This document shows positions 9,857 to 20,499 of a stretch of DNA of 64,000 nt, one piece after another. This DNA comes from an uncultured Myxococcales bacterium (GTDB lineage: Bacteria; Myxococcota_A; Polyangia; Fen-1088). Below the pieces are notes generated by a model that ran no database searches, had not been told where the DNA came from, and saw nothing but the letters and a program-made list of their open reading frames with translations. The stretch covers positions 293 through 64,292 of the forward strand of contig CAZYFU010000001.1 of assembly GCA_964647025.1 (NCBI GenBank), given 5' to 3'. The position numbers were made by a program, and so were the translations under genes. The stretch's first letter is position 1; each line of letters opens with the position of its first letter.

Positions 9857-10984
9857 CTACCCGTTCTGGACTTTGCGGGCCGGGAACTCCATCGGCGGCA
9901 AGAAGGTGTCGTAGAAGAAGGCGCAATCGCGGCGGATCTGCTCCTCCGTGAGGCCGTACTTCTCCAGGTTGTACTTGTGCTCGGACTCGTACTTGCGCTG
10001 CTTCTCGCCGAGCTTCGCCACGGTCTCGCGCAACTTGGGGGTCATCTCGTGCCCGAGGAACGCGCACATCTCATCCATCAGGCCCTCGAAGTCCGCCATC
10101 ATGCGGTCGTAGCGGACGATGAACACGCGCTTCTTGTCGATCCTGCCGCTGGTCCAATCGTCGTGGAACCGCCGCAGCAGCGTGATCCAGGCCTGGTACA
10201 TGCGGTCCAGCCATCGCTTGCGGATCGGCTCGGGCAGCGACCAGAACCCGAACGCCTTGTCAAGCACGCCCAGCATGAGGCTGTTCGCGCTGGGAATGAT
10301 CGACAGCGGATCCCGGGCCATGTAGAGGACCTGCGCTTCGGGGCACCTATCGAGGAACTGTGGAAGCCGAATCGCGAGTGAGAACAGCTTCGCGATGTTT
10401 CGGTCTGCCTTGTGCAGAACCAGACTGCGCCGCCACAGCTTGTCGAGCCAGGCCAGATCCCGCTTCGTCGTGTCGCGCAGCTTGGGGTCGACCAACGGCA
10501 GGCGGTCCTGCTCGTCGAACGACAAGAAGAAGCCGTAGAGGAACAGACCATCGAGGTGGCGAAACAGCACGGCCACGTCGTCGGTCTCCACCGATGTGAG
10601 GCTGGTGTCGTGCGCCTTGGTGGCGTGAAACTTGGCCGGGCTGAACTTCTCGAGAAGCGGCAGGAACGGCTTGAACAGCTTCTGGATGATGAGCGACGGA
10701 TAGAGCATGAGGAACAGCTCCATGCCCGAGCCGAAGCCCTCGTCTGCCAGAAACCGCTGCAGGAACGTCGTGCCCGTGCGTGGATTCCCCACGAGGATGA
10801 TGGGGCGATTCGCGCGAACCTTGCGCAAGCTCGGGAACAACAAGTTGTCGAGCAGCATGCCGATACCAACCACCACGCGAACCACGCCAAAGACGATGGC
10901 GATGAAGATTGGCACGACCTTGACCCCGAACGTTCGGCGCAATACACCGTAGACGAGGCCCATCCTCGAAAGAATGCTGTCCAT
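9857..10984 (-). CDS. PAPS-dependent sulfotransferase, membrane-anchored
   Basis: N-terminal TM helix. 5'-PSB motif PRTGTTF and 3'-PB motif RDPLSIIPS are present. 375 aa. Confidence 0.8.
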   Translation of the reverse strand: MDSILSRMGLVYGVLRRTFGVKVVPIFIAIVFGVVRVVVGIGMLLDNLLFPSLRKVRANRPIILVGNPRTGTTFLQRFLADEGFGSGMELFLMLYPSLIIQKLFKPFLPLLEKFSPAKFHATKAHDTSLTSVETDDVAVLFRHLDGLFLYGFFLSFDEQDRLPLVDPKLRDTTKRDLAWLDKLWRRSLVLHKADRNIAKLFSLAIRLPQFLDRCPEAQVLYMARDPLSIIPSANSLMLGVLDKAFGFWSLPEPIRKRWLDRMYQAWITLLRRFHDDWTSGRIDKKRVFIVRYDRMMADFEGLMDEMCAFLGHEMTPKLRETVAKLGEKQRKYESEHKYNLEKYGLTEEQIRRDCAFFYDTFLPPMEFPARKVQNG

Positions 10985-11010
10985 AGCGAGCTCCTGACTT
11001 GTGCGCTGAC

Positions 11011-11985
11011 TTATGCGCCTTGGGCGCGGAACTGGTTCTCGAACGACAGCGCGAAGCCGTCTAGCTCCGCGCTGGGAAGATGGTTGATCCCCGCCGCGGT
11101 CTTGCGGCCGCCCCCCGTCGGAAAACGCCTGCAGAATTCCTCGGCCGATACCTTCGCGTCGCTCGGCACGCGAATGGAAATCAAGTAGCCGCCCTCTTTC
11201 TTCGGCGACACGATGGCGACTGCGCTGCCCTTGTGGGCCTTGGCCAGGTCATTGGCCAAGGTCCCGCTCGCGCGTCTGGCCCAAGCGGCGTCGGGCAGCA
11301 AGAACAGAATTGCACCGTCGACTCTTCGCAACGGCTCGAGCCTGCGTGCCAGCTCCATGTCCTCGTGGAAACCGTCGGCCAGACGGCGGAAGGTAGGCGA
11401 CGCAGCCACGAAGTCCAGCGGATTCGGGTACGGCAGCACCTCACGCGCGAGGTCGGCCGGCGGCACGTGCAGGTCCGCGATGCTCTCGCCGTAGGCGTTG
11501 TAGTTCACCGCCAACCCCAGCTCGCGCAACGACTCGGTGTCCGCATCGCCGAGGCCCGCCTCCTTGGCGGCGGCCCGCCCCTCGTCGGTCAGGCTGTCGC
11601 CGAACGCGCCGGCGGCGGCCCAGGCGCGAAAACGGCCGCCAAGGTGGCCATCGACGATGAGGCTCGTACACAACTTGGGGTTGGGATCGATGTGGATCTC
11701 CAGGTTGCCGTCTCGAGGAATCTCGCCGGCGAAGTGGTGATCGAAGTAGCGGACGCTGGCGCCGGTACCGAGCACCGCCAACAATCCCGCGCGATTGGTG
11801 TCGAGCGAGACATCGAGCACTGTGCACACGTCCCCCGCGCTGGCGCTGACCCTTGCGAGCAAGGCGATGTCGCGCTTCACGCCGGTGACGAGGACGTCCT
11901 CTCCGCCAGGCCCCGCGGCCAGCCGCAGCTGCTGCAAGGCGCACAGCCCGTCGGCGTCACCGTTGAACGCGTAGATACGCTTCAT
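11011..11985 (-). CDS. DHH/DHHA1-family phosphoesterase (NrnA-like; putative 3'-phosphoadenosine-5'-phosphate phosphatase)
   Basis: DHH motifs present: NGDADG, YFDHH, and a GGG-containing DHHA1-like C-terminus. Its stop overlaps the cysNC start by 4 bp. Confidence 0.72.
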   Translation of the reverse strand: MKRIYAFNGDADGLCALQQLRLAAGPGGEDVLVTGVKRDIALLARVSASAGDVCTVLDVSLDTNRAGLLAVLGTGASVRYFDHHFAGEIPRDGNLEIHIDPNPKLCTSLIVDGHLGGRFRAWAAAGAFGDSLTDEGRAAAKEAGLGDADTESLRELGLAVNYNAYGESIADLHVPPADLAREVLPYPNPLDFVAASPTFRRLADGFHEDMELARRLEPLRRVDGAILFLLPDAAWARRASGTLANDLAKAHKGSAVAIVSPKKEGGYLISIRVPSDAKVSAEEFCRRFPTGGGRKTAAGINHLPSAELDGFALSFENQFRAQGA

Positions 11986-13922
11986 GGCTCGAGGATTCCG
12001 TGCTCTCGCAGGTAGGCCACGATGGTGTCGGCCGCGGATTCTGGTGTGGTGGTCGTGGTGTCGAGCCAGATCTCGGGCTTCTCCGGGAACTCGTAGGGAG
12101 AATCGATTCCGGTGAAGTTCTTCAGGTCTCCACGTCGGGCCTTCTTGTAAAGCCCCTTCGGGTCGCGCTCCTCGGCCACGTTGATGGGCGTGTCGACGAA
12201 CACCTCGATGAACTCTCCTTCGGCCAGCAGTCCACGCGCCATTGCCCTCTCGGCCCGGAACGGTGAGATGAACGCGGTGCTGACGATGAGGCCGGCGTCG
12301 ACCATCAGCTTGGCAACTTCGGCGATGCGGCGGATGTTCTCCACGCGGTCGGCGTCGGTGAAGCCAAGGTTCTTGTTGAGGCCGTGGCGAACGTTGTCCC
12401 CGTCGAGGAGGTAGGTGTGGCGTCCCAGGCTATGCAGCTTCTTGTCGACCAGGTTGGCGATGGTCGACTTGCCCGCGCCCGAGAGGCCCGTGAACCACAT
12501 CACGCATGGCTTCTGCCCCTTCATCGAGGAGCGCGCGGCCTTGTTCACGTCGATGGCTTGCCACTGGACGTTGCTGGCCCGGCGAAGCGCGAAGTGCAGC
12601 ATACCCGCGCCGACGGTGTCGTTGGTGATGCGGTCGATCAGGATGAAGCCGCCGGTGTCGCGGTTGACCTGGTAGGGGTCGAAGGCGATGGGCCGGTCGA
12701 GCTCGAGATTGCACACGCCGATCTCATTCAGCTCGAGCTTGGCGGCCGGCATCTTCTGTAGGGTGTTGACGTTGATGCGACACTTGAGCGGCGCCACCGT
12801 GCCGGTGACGGTCTTGGTGCCGATCTTCATGAAATAGCTGCGCCCGGGCAGAAGCGGCGCCTCGTTCATCCACACCACGGTGGCCTCGAACTGATCCGCG
12901 ATCTCCGCTGGCTCGTCCGCCGCCACGATCAAGTCGCCCCGCGAGATGTCGATCTCGTCGGCGATGGTGATGGTGACCGACTGTCCCGCCACCGCCTCGT
13001 CCAGCTCGCCGTCGAAGGTCACGATGCGGGTCACCGTGCTCGTGCGCCCGGAGGGCTGGACGCGAATCGGCTGGCCCTTGCGAATGCGGCCACCCACGAT
13101 GGTGCCGGTGAAGCCGCGGAAATCCAGGTGCGGCCGGTTCACCCACTGCACCGGGAAGCGCAGCGGCTGCTCGCGCACGCGGGTCTCATCGACCTCCACC
13201 GTGTTGAGCAACTCCATCAACGTGGGGCCCGTGTACCACGTCATGGTCTTCGAACGGTCGATGATGTTGTCGCCCTTGATCGCCGAGATCGGAATGCAGT
13301 GGATGTCCTCGAGCCCGAGCTCCTTGGCAAAGGCCCGGTAGTCCGCCTCGATCTTCGAGAAGGTCTCCTGCGAATAGTCGACGAGGTCCATCTTGTTCAC
13401 CACGACCACCACGTGGTGAATGCCGAGCAACCGCACCAGGAAGCTGTGCCGCTTGGTCTGGGTGAGGACGCCCTTGCGCGCGTCGATGAGGATCGCGCTC
13501 AGATCGGCGGTCGACGCGCCGGTGACCATGTTGCGCGTGTACTGCTCGTGGCCGGGTGTGTCTGCCACGATGAAGTTGCGCGTCTCGGTCGAGAAGAATC
13601 GGTAGGCGACGTCGATGGTGATGCCCTGCTCGCGCTCGGCGGAGAGGCCGTCGAGCAACAAAGCGTAGTCGATCTCGCCTTGCCGCGTGCCGACCTTCTT
13701 CGAGTCGGCCTCGAGCACCGCCAGTTGATCCTCGAACAGCGACTTCGAATCGTAGAGCAGGCGGCCAATCAACGTGCTCTTGCCATCATCGACGCTGCCG
13801 CAGGTGTTGAAGCGCAGAAGGCTCTTGGCCACGCGCAAGCGAATGCCTGCGTCGGCCACTTCGACGCCCGGCGCGGCCTGTGGCCCCGTGGTGGCGGCGG
13901 TCGGTCTGTTCTCGTGGCTCAT
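11982..13922 (-). CDS. cysNC: bifunctional sulfate adenylyltransferase subunit 1 / adenylylsulfate kinase (CysN-CysC fusion, NodQ-like)
   Basis: 646 aa. GTPase G1-G4 motifs ([18 protein letters not shown]) in the N-terminal part. APS kinase P-loop GLSGAGKST in the C-terminal roughly 200 aa. Confidence 0.9.
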   Translation of the reverse strand: MSHENRPTAATTGPQAAPGVEVADAGIRLRVAKSLLRFNTCGSVDDGKSTLIGRLLYDSKSLFEDQLAVLEADSKKVGTRQGEIDYALLLDGLSAEREQGITIDVAYRFFSTETRNFIVADTPGHEQYTRNMVTGASTADLSAILIDARKGVLTQTKRHSFLVRLLGIHHVVVVVNKMDLVDYSQETFSKIEADYRAFAKELGLEDIHCIPISAIKGDNIIDRSKTMTWYTGPTLMELLNTVEVDETRVREQPLRFPVQWVNRPHLDFRGFTGTIVGGRIRKGQPIRVQPSGRTSTVTRIVTFDGELDEAVAGQSVTITIADEIDISRGDLIVAADEPAEIADQFEATVVWMNEAPLLPGRSYFMKIGTKTVTGTVAPLKCRINVNTLQKMPAAKLELNEIGVCNLELDRPIAFDPYQVNRDTGGFILIDRITNDTVGAGMLHFALRRASNVQWQAIDVNKAARSSMKGQKPCVMWFTGLSGAGKSTIANLVDKKLHSLGRHTYLLDGDNVRHGLNKNLGFTDADRVENIRRIAEVAKLMVDAGLIVSTAFISPFRAERAMARGLLAEGEFIEVFVDTPINVAEERDPKGLYKKARRGDLKNFTGIDSPYEFPEKPEIWLDTTTTTPESAADTIVAYLREHGILEP

Positions 13923-14854
13923 CAGAAATACCCTTCCTGCTTCTTGGCTTCCATCGACGAAGGCTGATCGTGATCGATCACGCGGCCTTCCCGTTCGGAC
14001 GTGCGCGCCGCCGCGATCTCGTGGATGACCTCGGCCAGCGTCTCGGCGTTCGACTCCACCGCGCCGGTAAGCGGATAGCAGCCAAGCGTACGGAACCGAA
14101 CCTTCTTCATCATCGGCGTCTCACCGGGCCGCAGCGGCATTCGTTCGTCGTCGACCATGATGAGCGCGCCGTCCCGCTCCACCACCGGACGGACCTTGCT
14201 GTAGTAGAGCGGCACGATGGGGACCTTTTCGAGGTAGAGATACTGCCAGATGTCGAGCTCGGTCCAGTTCGACAGGGGGAACACGCGGATCGATTCGCCG
14301 CGCTGCTTGCGCGCGTTGTACAGGCGCCACAGCTCGGGGCGCTGGTTCTTCGGATCCCAGCGGTGCAGCGAGGTGCGGAAGGAGAATACGCGCTCCTTCG
14401 CCCTGGACTTTTCCTCGTCCCTGCGGGCACCGCCGAAGGCCGCGTCGAAGCCGTACTTGTCGAGCGCCTGCTTGAGGCCCTGCGTCTTCCAGATGTCGGT
14501 GTGGACCGCCGAGCCGTGGGTGAACGGGTTGATGTTCTTCTCCACCGCCTCGGGATTCGTGTAGACCAGCAGCTCCATCCCGGATTCCTTGGCCATGCGC
14601 TCGCGCATCACGTACATGTCGCGGAACTTCCAGGTCGTGTCCACGTGCAGGAGGGGAAACGGCGGGACTGCCGGGTAGAAGGCCTTGCGGGCCAGGTGCA
14701 GCATGACCGAGCTGTCTTTCCCGATCGAGTAGAGCATCACGGGCTTCTCAGCCTCGGCGATGACCTCGCGGATGATGTGGATACTCTCGGCTTCGAGGCG
14801 CTGGAGATGGCTGAGTGTGCTCATAGGTGGCTCGATGGTGAAATTCTCTACCAC
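13922..14854 (-). CDS. cysD: sulfate adenylyltransferase subunit 2
   Basis: 310 aa. PAPS-reductase-like fold with the SIGKDS PP-loop motif. Strong CysD conservation throughout. Confidence 0.9.
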   Translation of the reverse strand: MVENFTIEPPMSTLSHLQRLEAESIHIIREVIAEAEKPVMLYSIGKDSSVMLHLARKAFYPAVPPFPLLHVDTTWKFRDMYVMRERMAKESGMELLVYTNPEAVEKNINPFTHGSAVHTDIWKTQGLKQALDKYGFDAAFGGARRDEEKSRAKERVFSFRTSLHRWDPKNQRPELWRLYNARKQRGESIRVFPLSNWTELDIWQYLYLEKVPIVPLYYSKVRPVVERDGALIMVDDERMPLRPGETPMMKKVRFRTLGCYPLTGAVESNAETLAEVIHEIAAARTSEREGRVIDHDQPSSMEAKKQEGYF

Positions 14855-14887
14855 ACAAATCGGACCATGACTGTCGGAGATGTGGTG

Positions 14888-15697
14888 CTAACCACGCTCG
14901 ATGTAGTTCGTGGTGAAGTAGTCGTCCTTGGTATCGGGCGCGAAGTTCATCTTGGTCGACTCGAACACAGAACGGCGGCCGTTCTGCTTGTTGATCATCT
15001 CCATGCGCATGGTGCGGTAACGCTTGTTCTTCGCGTCGAGCAGCTTCACGTCCTTCGTGACCAGCTCCTTCAGAACCTTGCCATCGGGCGCATAGAAGAG
15101 CCCACGCATCACGACGTACTTGGTCTTGCTGACCCAGTAAGTCTTCTTCGAGTATCCGTCGCTGGCAGCCACTTCCTTGTTCTTGGGAAGAACATCGACG
15201 ACGTAGCAGGACTCCCCGCCAACCGTCTCGTCCTTGCCGACGCCGTAGGTGAAGTCGTCGAGCGCCGGGATGTTCAGGTCGGCATACGAGAACTCGCTGC
15301 CCATGAAGGCCTGCGAACCCTGCGAGCTCAGGATCCGCCTCGTCTTGCGTAGGGCCGGCATGAATATCCACATGTCGTCGGCCTTGCTCTCGTAGTCGAA
15401 GATGAGGATGCCGGTCCCCTTCACGTCGGCGGGCGACAAGAAGCGAAAGACGCGCTTCTCGGTCTTGCCGCCATCGAAGAGCTTGGTAGCCGACGCGATC
15501 TCGCGCTCGCGCACCTGGCCCTTGTCGTCGAAGATGCTCATCTTGATGGTCGACTCGGAGCCGTCGAGCTTACGCGTGACCGTGACCTTCTCCATGATGT
15601 CGCGGCCGGACTCACCGGCGCGCGCCAGGTCGGCGCCGAACAAACTCGAACCGCAGACCGCGGCGAACATCGACAGCAGGAATCCTCGCTTCGTCAT
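14888..15697 (-). CDS. LolA-like outer-membrane lipoprotein-sorting family protein (periplasmic)
   Basis: Signal peptide, about 250 aa mature. The family resemblance is to LolA_like/DUF1329-type proteins that accompany SSD/MMPL-type lipid exporters. Confidence 0.6.
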   Translation of the reverse strand: MTKRGFLLSMFAAVCGSSLFGADLARAGESGRDIMEKVTVTRKLDGSESTIKMSIFDDKGQVREREIASATKLFDGGKTEKRVFRFLSPADVKGTGILIFDYESKADDMWIFMPALRKTRRILSSQGSQAFMGSEFSYADLNIPALDDFTYGVGKDETVGGESCYVVDVLPKNKEVAASDGYSKKTYWVSKTKYVVMRGLFYAPDGKVLKELVTKDVKLLDAKNKRYRTMRMEMINKQNGRRSVFESTKMNFAPDTKDDYFTTNYIERG

Positions 15698-15709
15698 GTG
15701 CTTCCTTCC

Positions 15710-17206
15710 TCAGAACGTCGAGCGAAGCTCGACGTAACCTGCGCTCAGTTGTTGATCGACCAGACCGAAAAGCGTGCCGCTGGGGCCGGCCAGGACCTCA
15801 CCACCGACGTACGCGATCATGGAATCCGACAGCCTGTAGCCGACCTTCGGCGCCGCCATCCATTCCTTGGTCGAGAAGTTGTACATGCCCAGGGCCGACA
15901 GAGACAGGGTATCGTGCGCGGTCAACCACTCGACGCGCGCCGTGGCCAAGTGCTGGATCTTCTCGGTCTGCGAGAACAGCATCTGATTCGTCTTGCGAAG
16001 GTTCGCGTCCACGGCGCCGCCCGCGGTCCGCGAGTCGACCTGATCCGGCTTGGTCAGCATGGCGGTCGTCAGGCTGGTGTCGGCCGGACCTTTCTCCTTG
16101 GCCCAGTCGAAGGTATAGCGACCGAGGTATTGCACGATGAGGCTCACCGAGCCGAAGTTGTGGTCGCCGCCGATGGCGTACTGCAAGTCGGGTTTGGGCG
16201 CGTGCATCTGGCTTTGGTAGTCGTACGGCCTGCGGTACGCCACCTCGCCGCGAAGCGCGAGCAGGTCACCAATCGCGGTGGAGAAGTCGAAGCCCACCAC
16301 CTGCTGCTTGTATGCGGTCCGGGCGATGATGACGCTCGGGTTGGTTTCGCTGATGGTCACGCTGGAACGGGTCAACCCCGGCATGGGGGCGTATCCGTGC
16401 AGATAGGAGACCGACATCTCGACCGACGGCAGCTCCAGGTGGACACGTCCGGCCAGAAGGCCCTTGTCCAGCTCGGGCTTCGGATACTTCGGGTCGCCAT
16501 AGCTGACGTACTGCGGGAGATTGACGGGAGGCAGCTCGTTCGCGACATAGGACGGAAGCCACACGCCCTCGATGCGCACGGGCGACAGCCGCAGGACCGC
16601 GCGCGCGCCCACGTTGCCCATCCGACGGTCGTCCTCGATGGGCGAGCGCATGCGGAAGTTGACCGGGGTCAGGTTGTTGGTGGGATTGAGCAAGTCCGCC
16701 CGACCCCAGACGATAATCTGCTTGCCGAGGCGAAGATCCAGCGGCCCCAGGTACGTATTCACGTACGCCTCGCGCACGTCGACGGTCGTGCTCTGCTGGG
16801 ACTCGCCGAGCATGCCGTAGCGCAGGCGAACCTCCGCAAACGCATCGCCGAGGTCGTCCTTCTTCGCCCTGGCAATCAGAGCCAGCTCGCCGTATCCGGC
16901 CTTCAGGTTCGCCTGATCGCCGCCAGGGACCTTTCCCACGAAGACATCGCCACGGGTGTAACCGCTGATCTGCAGAGAGGACGAGCCGCCCGTCGGAGCC
17001 GCGGTCTCCGATGGAGTCTGGCTGGCGGAGACGCTCTGCTCGAAAAGGCCGCTTCCTGACTCGGACGAGGCCGGCTCGGCCTGGGCGCCGCCGTCGGAGC
17101 CCCCCGCCTCTGGCGAAGCGGTGGGCGTCTCGGCACGGGCCCCGCCCGCGAAGACGACCGACCCGCAACCGAGCAGGAGTGCCAGCTTCTTCGATCCGCT
17201 AAACAT
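15710..17206 (-). CDS. DUF1302-like outer-membrane beta-barrel protein
   Basis: The internal Met MFSGSKKLALLLGCGSVVFAGGARA is a signal peptide. Block LRLGKQIIVWGRADLLNPTN resembles the DUF1302 signature. Beta-strand-rich. Start 17206 was calculated from the ORF-track frame. Confidence 0.55.
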   Translation of the reverse strand: MFSGSKKLALLLGCGSVVFAGGARAETPTASPEAGGSDGGAQAEPASSESGSGLFEQSVSASQTPSETAAPTGGSSSLQISGYTRGDVFVGKVPGGDQANLKAGYGELALIARAKKDDLGDAFAEVRLRYGMLGESQQSTTVDVREAYVNTYLGPLDLRLGKQIIVWGRADLLNPTNNLTPVNFRMRSPIEDDRRMGNVGARAVLRLSPVRIEGVWLPSYVANELPPVNLPQYVSYGDPKYPKPELDKGLLAGRVHLELPSVEMSVSYLHGYAPMPGLTRSSVTISETNPSVIIARTAYKQQVVGFDFSTAIGDLLALRGEVAYRRPYDYQSQMHAPKPDLQYAIGGDHNFGSVSLIVQYLGRYTFDWAKEKGPADTSLTTAMLTKPDQVDSRTAGGAVDANLRKTNQMLFSQTEKIQHLATARVEWLTAHDTLSLSALGMYNFSTKEWMAAPKVGYRLSDSMIAYVGGEVLAGPSGTLFGLVDQQLSAGYVELRSTF

Positions 17207-18275
17207 GGTCACCGGGGTTCCTTTCCGTCCACTCGCCGGTGGCCAACACGATCGAGAAGCCCGCAGCCGCGCTGCCAAGGGCGATTCTGTCGCCCGGTCG
17301 GACGCTGCGCTCTTCGAGCAACTGATGGTAGGTCACGCCGACGCTCGCGCTGGCCGTGTTCCCGTACTTCGAGTGGGTGTACACGCCTTTCACCGGATCC
17401 ACGCCGGTGTCTTGCAGAATCTTGCGGACCATGATCTCGCTCGGTTGGTGGAAGACGTAGTGGTCGATGTCGCTCGGCTTGAGATTGATGGCGGCCAAGC
17501 GCTCCTTGATCCAAGGCGGAATCATCTTAGCCAAACGCATGAGCTCGACAGAAGACGAAAAAAGTGTTCCGTCGATAGGAACCTGGCACAGGTCCCAATG
17601 ATCCGGCGCCGTGATGGTATCGATGCTGGTGAGCCGAATGCCGCCGCCCGGGAACGGCCGCTTCCGCAACAGCACGCAGGTTGCTGCATTACCGACGGTC
17701 AGAGCGGCGGACTTCATGTGCAGGTCGCGCACCTTCTGGATGTCGTAGCTGAGGAAATGCCGGGATAGCTCCGACGTGCACACCAGGGCGGCCCGGTAGC
17801 TCGGCCGCATGTTGAGGTAGGCCGTAGCGACCTGGATCGCCTCCAGGTGCCCGACGCAGGCAGAGGTCACGTCGAACGCATGGGTCCGACGCAATCCCAG
17901 CTTGGCCGCGACCTCCATGGCCGTCGCCGGCTCGAAGTACTGGCGGGCAATGCCGCCGCAGATCACCAGGTCGACCTCTTCCAGGGAGGCGTCGTTTCGG
18001 CGCAAGCACTCCTTGGCGGCGGCCACCGCGAAGTCGGCCACGCGACCGCTGTCGTCGACCTCCAGGTAGCGCTGCTGGGTCTTGCACAAGCTGAAGATGT
18101 GCTCGATGGCAGACGCCAACCGCGCGAAGTCCTTGTCCGTGCCTTTGAACTTGGCCCGGACACGGCGAATGGTTTCGGCGTTATCGACTAGGGCGCCTGG
18201 GAAACAGACGCCCGGTTTGGAAAGATACAGCTCGGGTAGACTCACCAGCAAACTCCCTGGTTCGACATCATCCAA
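17199..18275 (-). CDS. 3-oxoacyl-ACP synthase III (KAS III/FabH-like)
   Basis: TTG start. Catalytic triad contexts are present: SACVG (Cys), VFHQPS (His), GNTASAS (Asn). 358 aa. Confidence 0.8.
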   Translation of the reverse strand: MDDVEPGSLLVSLPELYLSKPGVCFPGALVDNAETIRRVRAKFKGTDKDFARLASAIEHIFSLCKTQQRYLEVDDSGRVADFAVAAAKECLRRNDASLEEVDLVICGGIARQYFEPATAMEVAAKLGLRRTHAFDVTSACVGHLEAIQVATAYLNMRPSYRAALVCTSELSRHFLSYDIQKVRDLHMKSAALTVGNAATCVLLRKRPFPGGGIRLTSIDTITAPDHWDLCQVPIDGTLFSSSVELMRLAKMIPPWIKERLAAINLKPSDIDHYVFHQPSEIMVRKILQDTGVDPVKGVYTHSKYGNTASASVGVTYHQLLEERSVRPGDRIALGSAAAGFSIVLATGEWTERNPGDHV

Positions 18276-18310
18276 CCCTTTCTAGCCGTTTCAAAGCGCC
18301 AACAACATCG

Positions 18311-19027
18311 TCAGCGATTGTTTTCAAAGAGGGACCGCAGCAAGGGATCGCGAAAATCGCTGCCGGGCGCGAAGTAGCTGCACAGAACGACCTTACGCAC
18401 GCCAAGGTCCTGGTCCGTGCGGTCGACCAGCACCTGGCCGGCCCCGGACACGACCACGGTGCGAACCATGCCAGGCGCGACCTCGTAGATCAACCGGTCA
18501 TGCTTCTCGTACCCGCGCGACTTCAACGCGGCGAACGAATCTGGCAAGCCCTGCATGACCCGTTTTTCCAGACCGGCGTCGATGAGTCCAGCTTTGCGCG
18601 TCTGCTCGAGGTTCTCGCGCACCACCCCAAGCCACCGATCGAGCGAGACGTCGCGCTTGAACTTCATCTGCACGACCCCGCGCTCCGCACCGATTACGGC
18701 ATTGGTGAGCTGATTTGCGAGACCGTCCGAGAACGTCTTTCCGGTCGCCAAGCCGGACAGCTTCGTCTGCGTCGGCTTGTCGATCCGCACCTCGATGGTC
18801 GCCACGTTGATCCTGAGGAAGGTCTTCTGCAGGAGCATATGCATGTACGCATACGCCCCTTGGGCAAGCTCCTTCGACTCCAGCGAGGGAAGATTCGTTT
18901 CGGCCGTCGCGACCAGAGCGCAGCTGGCCAGCAGCCCGGACGCAGCAGCAGCCCAGCGTAGTTTCGTGAGTGACATCGATACTCCCAGTTGCCGATCGTG
19001 AGGTGCGCGGCTCAGGTTCTGCCTCAA
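18311..19027 (-). CDS. secreted hypothetical protein (possible chalcone-isomerase-like fold)
   Basis: Signal peptide (MSLTKLRWAAAASGLLASCALVATA) after a short leader. The start overlaps the upstream gene's stop by 4 bp. The fold assignment is speculative. Confidence 0.45.
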   Translation of the reverse strand: MRQNLSRAPHDRQLGVSMSLTKLRWAAAASGLLASCALVATAETNLPSLESKELAQGAYAYMHMLLQKTFLRINVATIEVRIDKPTQTKLSGLATGKTFSDGLANQLTNAVIGAERGVVQMKFKRDVSLDRWLGVVRENLEQTRKAGLIDAGLEKRVMQGLPDSFAALKSRGYEKHDRLIYEVAPGMVRTVVVSGAGQVLVDRTDQDLGVRKVVLCSYFAPGSDFRDPLLRSLFENNR

Positions 19028-20499
19028 TTTCGATAGAGAACGTCGATGGCCAGGATATGCGATGCCGCGCTGTAACTACCGGCGTTGACCGCCGGCGAGG
19101 GCTGGCCGAGGAAATTGGCGTTGCATTCAGAGGTGCTGGTGTAGGGCGCCTTGCAGGGGCTGCCTGGTACCTGCTGGTAGCCACGGGCGTTCTTCTCGGA
19201 GACATAGACGCTGGGCTGGACTCGCAGGTGGTAGGCCAGGGCCAGCTCCAGCGGGCCGAGGAACATCGAAGCCCCGAGGCCGCCGCCCACTTGGGGACCG
19301 CTCGGAAAATCCACGCTGGCGTAGGCCGGATCCGCAACGGCGGTTTCGTAGTAGCCGCCCGCCCGCAGGGTCAGAAGCGACGGAAGCACGGCATAGTCGC
19401 CGCCCAAGCGCACGGCGATGGTGTCCTTCCAATTCTTGTTGATGTTGATGGTCCCGAGTTCGATGCGGTCGCTCTGGCTCTTGGCCTGCAGACCGCGCGT
19501 ATCGATGGTGAACTTGTTCACACGCGACCAGGTCTGGTACTCGACGTTGAGCTCGAGGTCGAAGAGCTCGCGACTGCCCACGAGGCCTCGGTAACGAACG
19601 CCCGCGCGGAAGAGCATGGGCAGGGGCATGGTGACCTGCACGTCGTTGGCCAGGCTGTTGTTGCGCAGCAGGCTCACGCGCCCGATCTCATCGCCGATGG
19701 GGGTCACGTTCAGGTTGGCGTTGGCGACGATGTTCGCCGGCACCACTTGGCCTGACAGCGCGAACTCGAGGAAGGGGGTTGGCCTCACCCACGTGCCAAG
19801 CACGGCGTTGAACGTGAAGAGCGACGAGCCCCGCATGTCGGCCACGATGTCGTAGCCGCTGGACACGGGATTGGCCGGCTGGGAGAAGACCGTGCCGTCG
19901 ATGACCAACGAGTAGCGCAATCTCGGCATGTGGATCCACTGGAGGCTGGCACCAATCCCGAACACGTCTTGGTAGTTCCAAGCCACGCTGCCCACGTACT
20001 TCAGGAAGATGACCTCGCGACTGACCATCTGGTAGCGTTGCCCACCACCTTCGGGGAAGGCCAGCTTCCCGATGCCAGGAGGCGCATACACGGCCGCGCC
20101 GAAGGTGAAGTCGCGCAGGCCGAGCTTCGACGCGACCCCGAGAAAGGGATCGAGCGCCTGCCAGGGCTGCCCGTTGTTTACGGTATTGAAGGATACGACC
20201 TTGGGCTGGCCGGTGTTCTGGTCGATGTCGCCCCAGTCCTTCGTGGTGTCCCGCGCGTACGAGTATGCGTTGCGAGAGAAGATGTTCCCGAGCTGAAACG
20301 TCGTGCCGGTCGCCTTGGCCAGCCCCGCCGGGTTGATGTCCACCGCGGTCACGTCGTTCGTGGAGGCGACCACCGCCCCGCCCCGCCCGGCCGCTCGCGC
20401 ACCCAGGGTGCCCGAGTAGTAGCCGCCCTCCGCCAGCGCGGGGAGAGCGAAATGAAACACACCCGCGAGGGCGACAGCGCCAACAGCGATCTTCTTCAT
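19024..20499 (-). CDS. FadL/TodX-family outer-membrane hydrophobic-compound channel
   Basis: Signal peptide MKKIAVGAVALAGVFHFALPALA. The N-terminal hatch-domain pattern G..G.agAa......d.....NPAGLA is conserved. About 490 aa, a size consistent with a beta-barrel. Confidence 0.65.
   Translation of the reverse strand: MKKIAVGAVALAGVFHFALPALAEGGYYSGTLGARAAGRGGAVVASTNDVTAVDINPAGLAKATGTTFQLGNIFSRNAYSYARDTTKDWGDIDQNTGQPKVVSFNTVNNGQPWQALDPFLGVASKLGLRDFTFGAAVYAPPGIGKLAFPEGGGQRYQMVSREVIFLKYVGSVAWNYQDVFGIGASLQWIHMPRLRYSLVIDGTVFSQPANPVSSGYDIVADMRGSSLFTFNAVLGTWVRPTPFLEFALSGQVVPANIVANANLNVTPIGDEIGRVSLLRNNSLANDVQVTMPLPMLFRAGVRYRGLVGSRELFDLELNVEYQTWSRVNKFTIDTRGLQAKSQSDRIELGTININKNWKDTIAVRLGGDYAVLPSLLTLRAGGYYETAVADPAYASVDFPSGPQVGGGLGASMFLGPLELALAYHLRVQPSVYVSEKNARGYQQVPGSPCKAPYTSTSECNANFLGQPSPAVNAGSYSAASHILAIDVLYRN

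Noticed and set aside
7158-10067. Long antisense ORFs 7158..8174 (338 aa) and 8187..10067 (626 aa) opposite galM, the VWA gene and the sulfotransferase
   Set aside because: Antisense to confidently assigned genes. The composition is characteristic of high-GC mirror frames.
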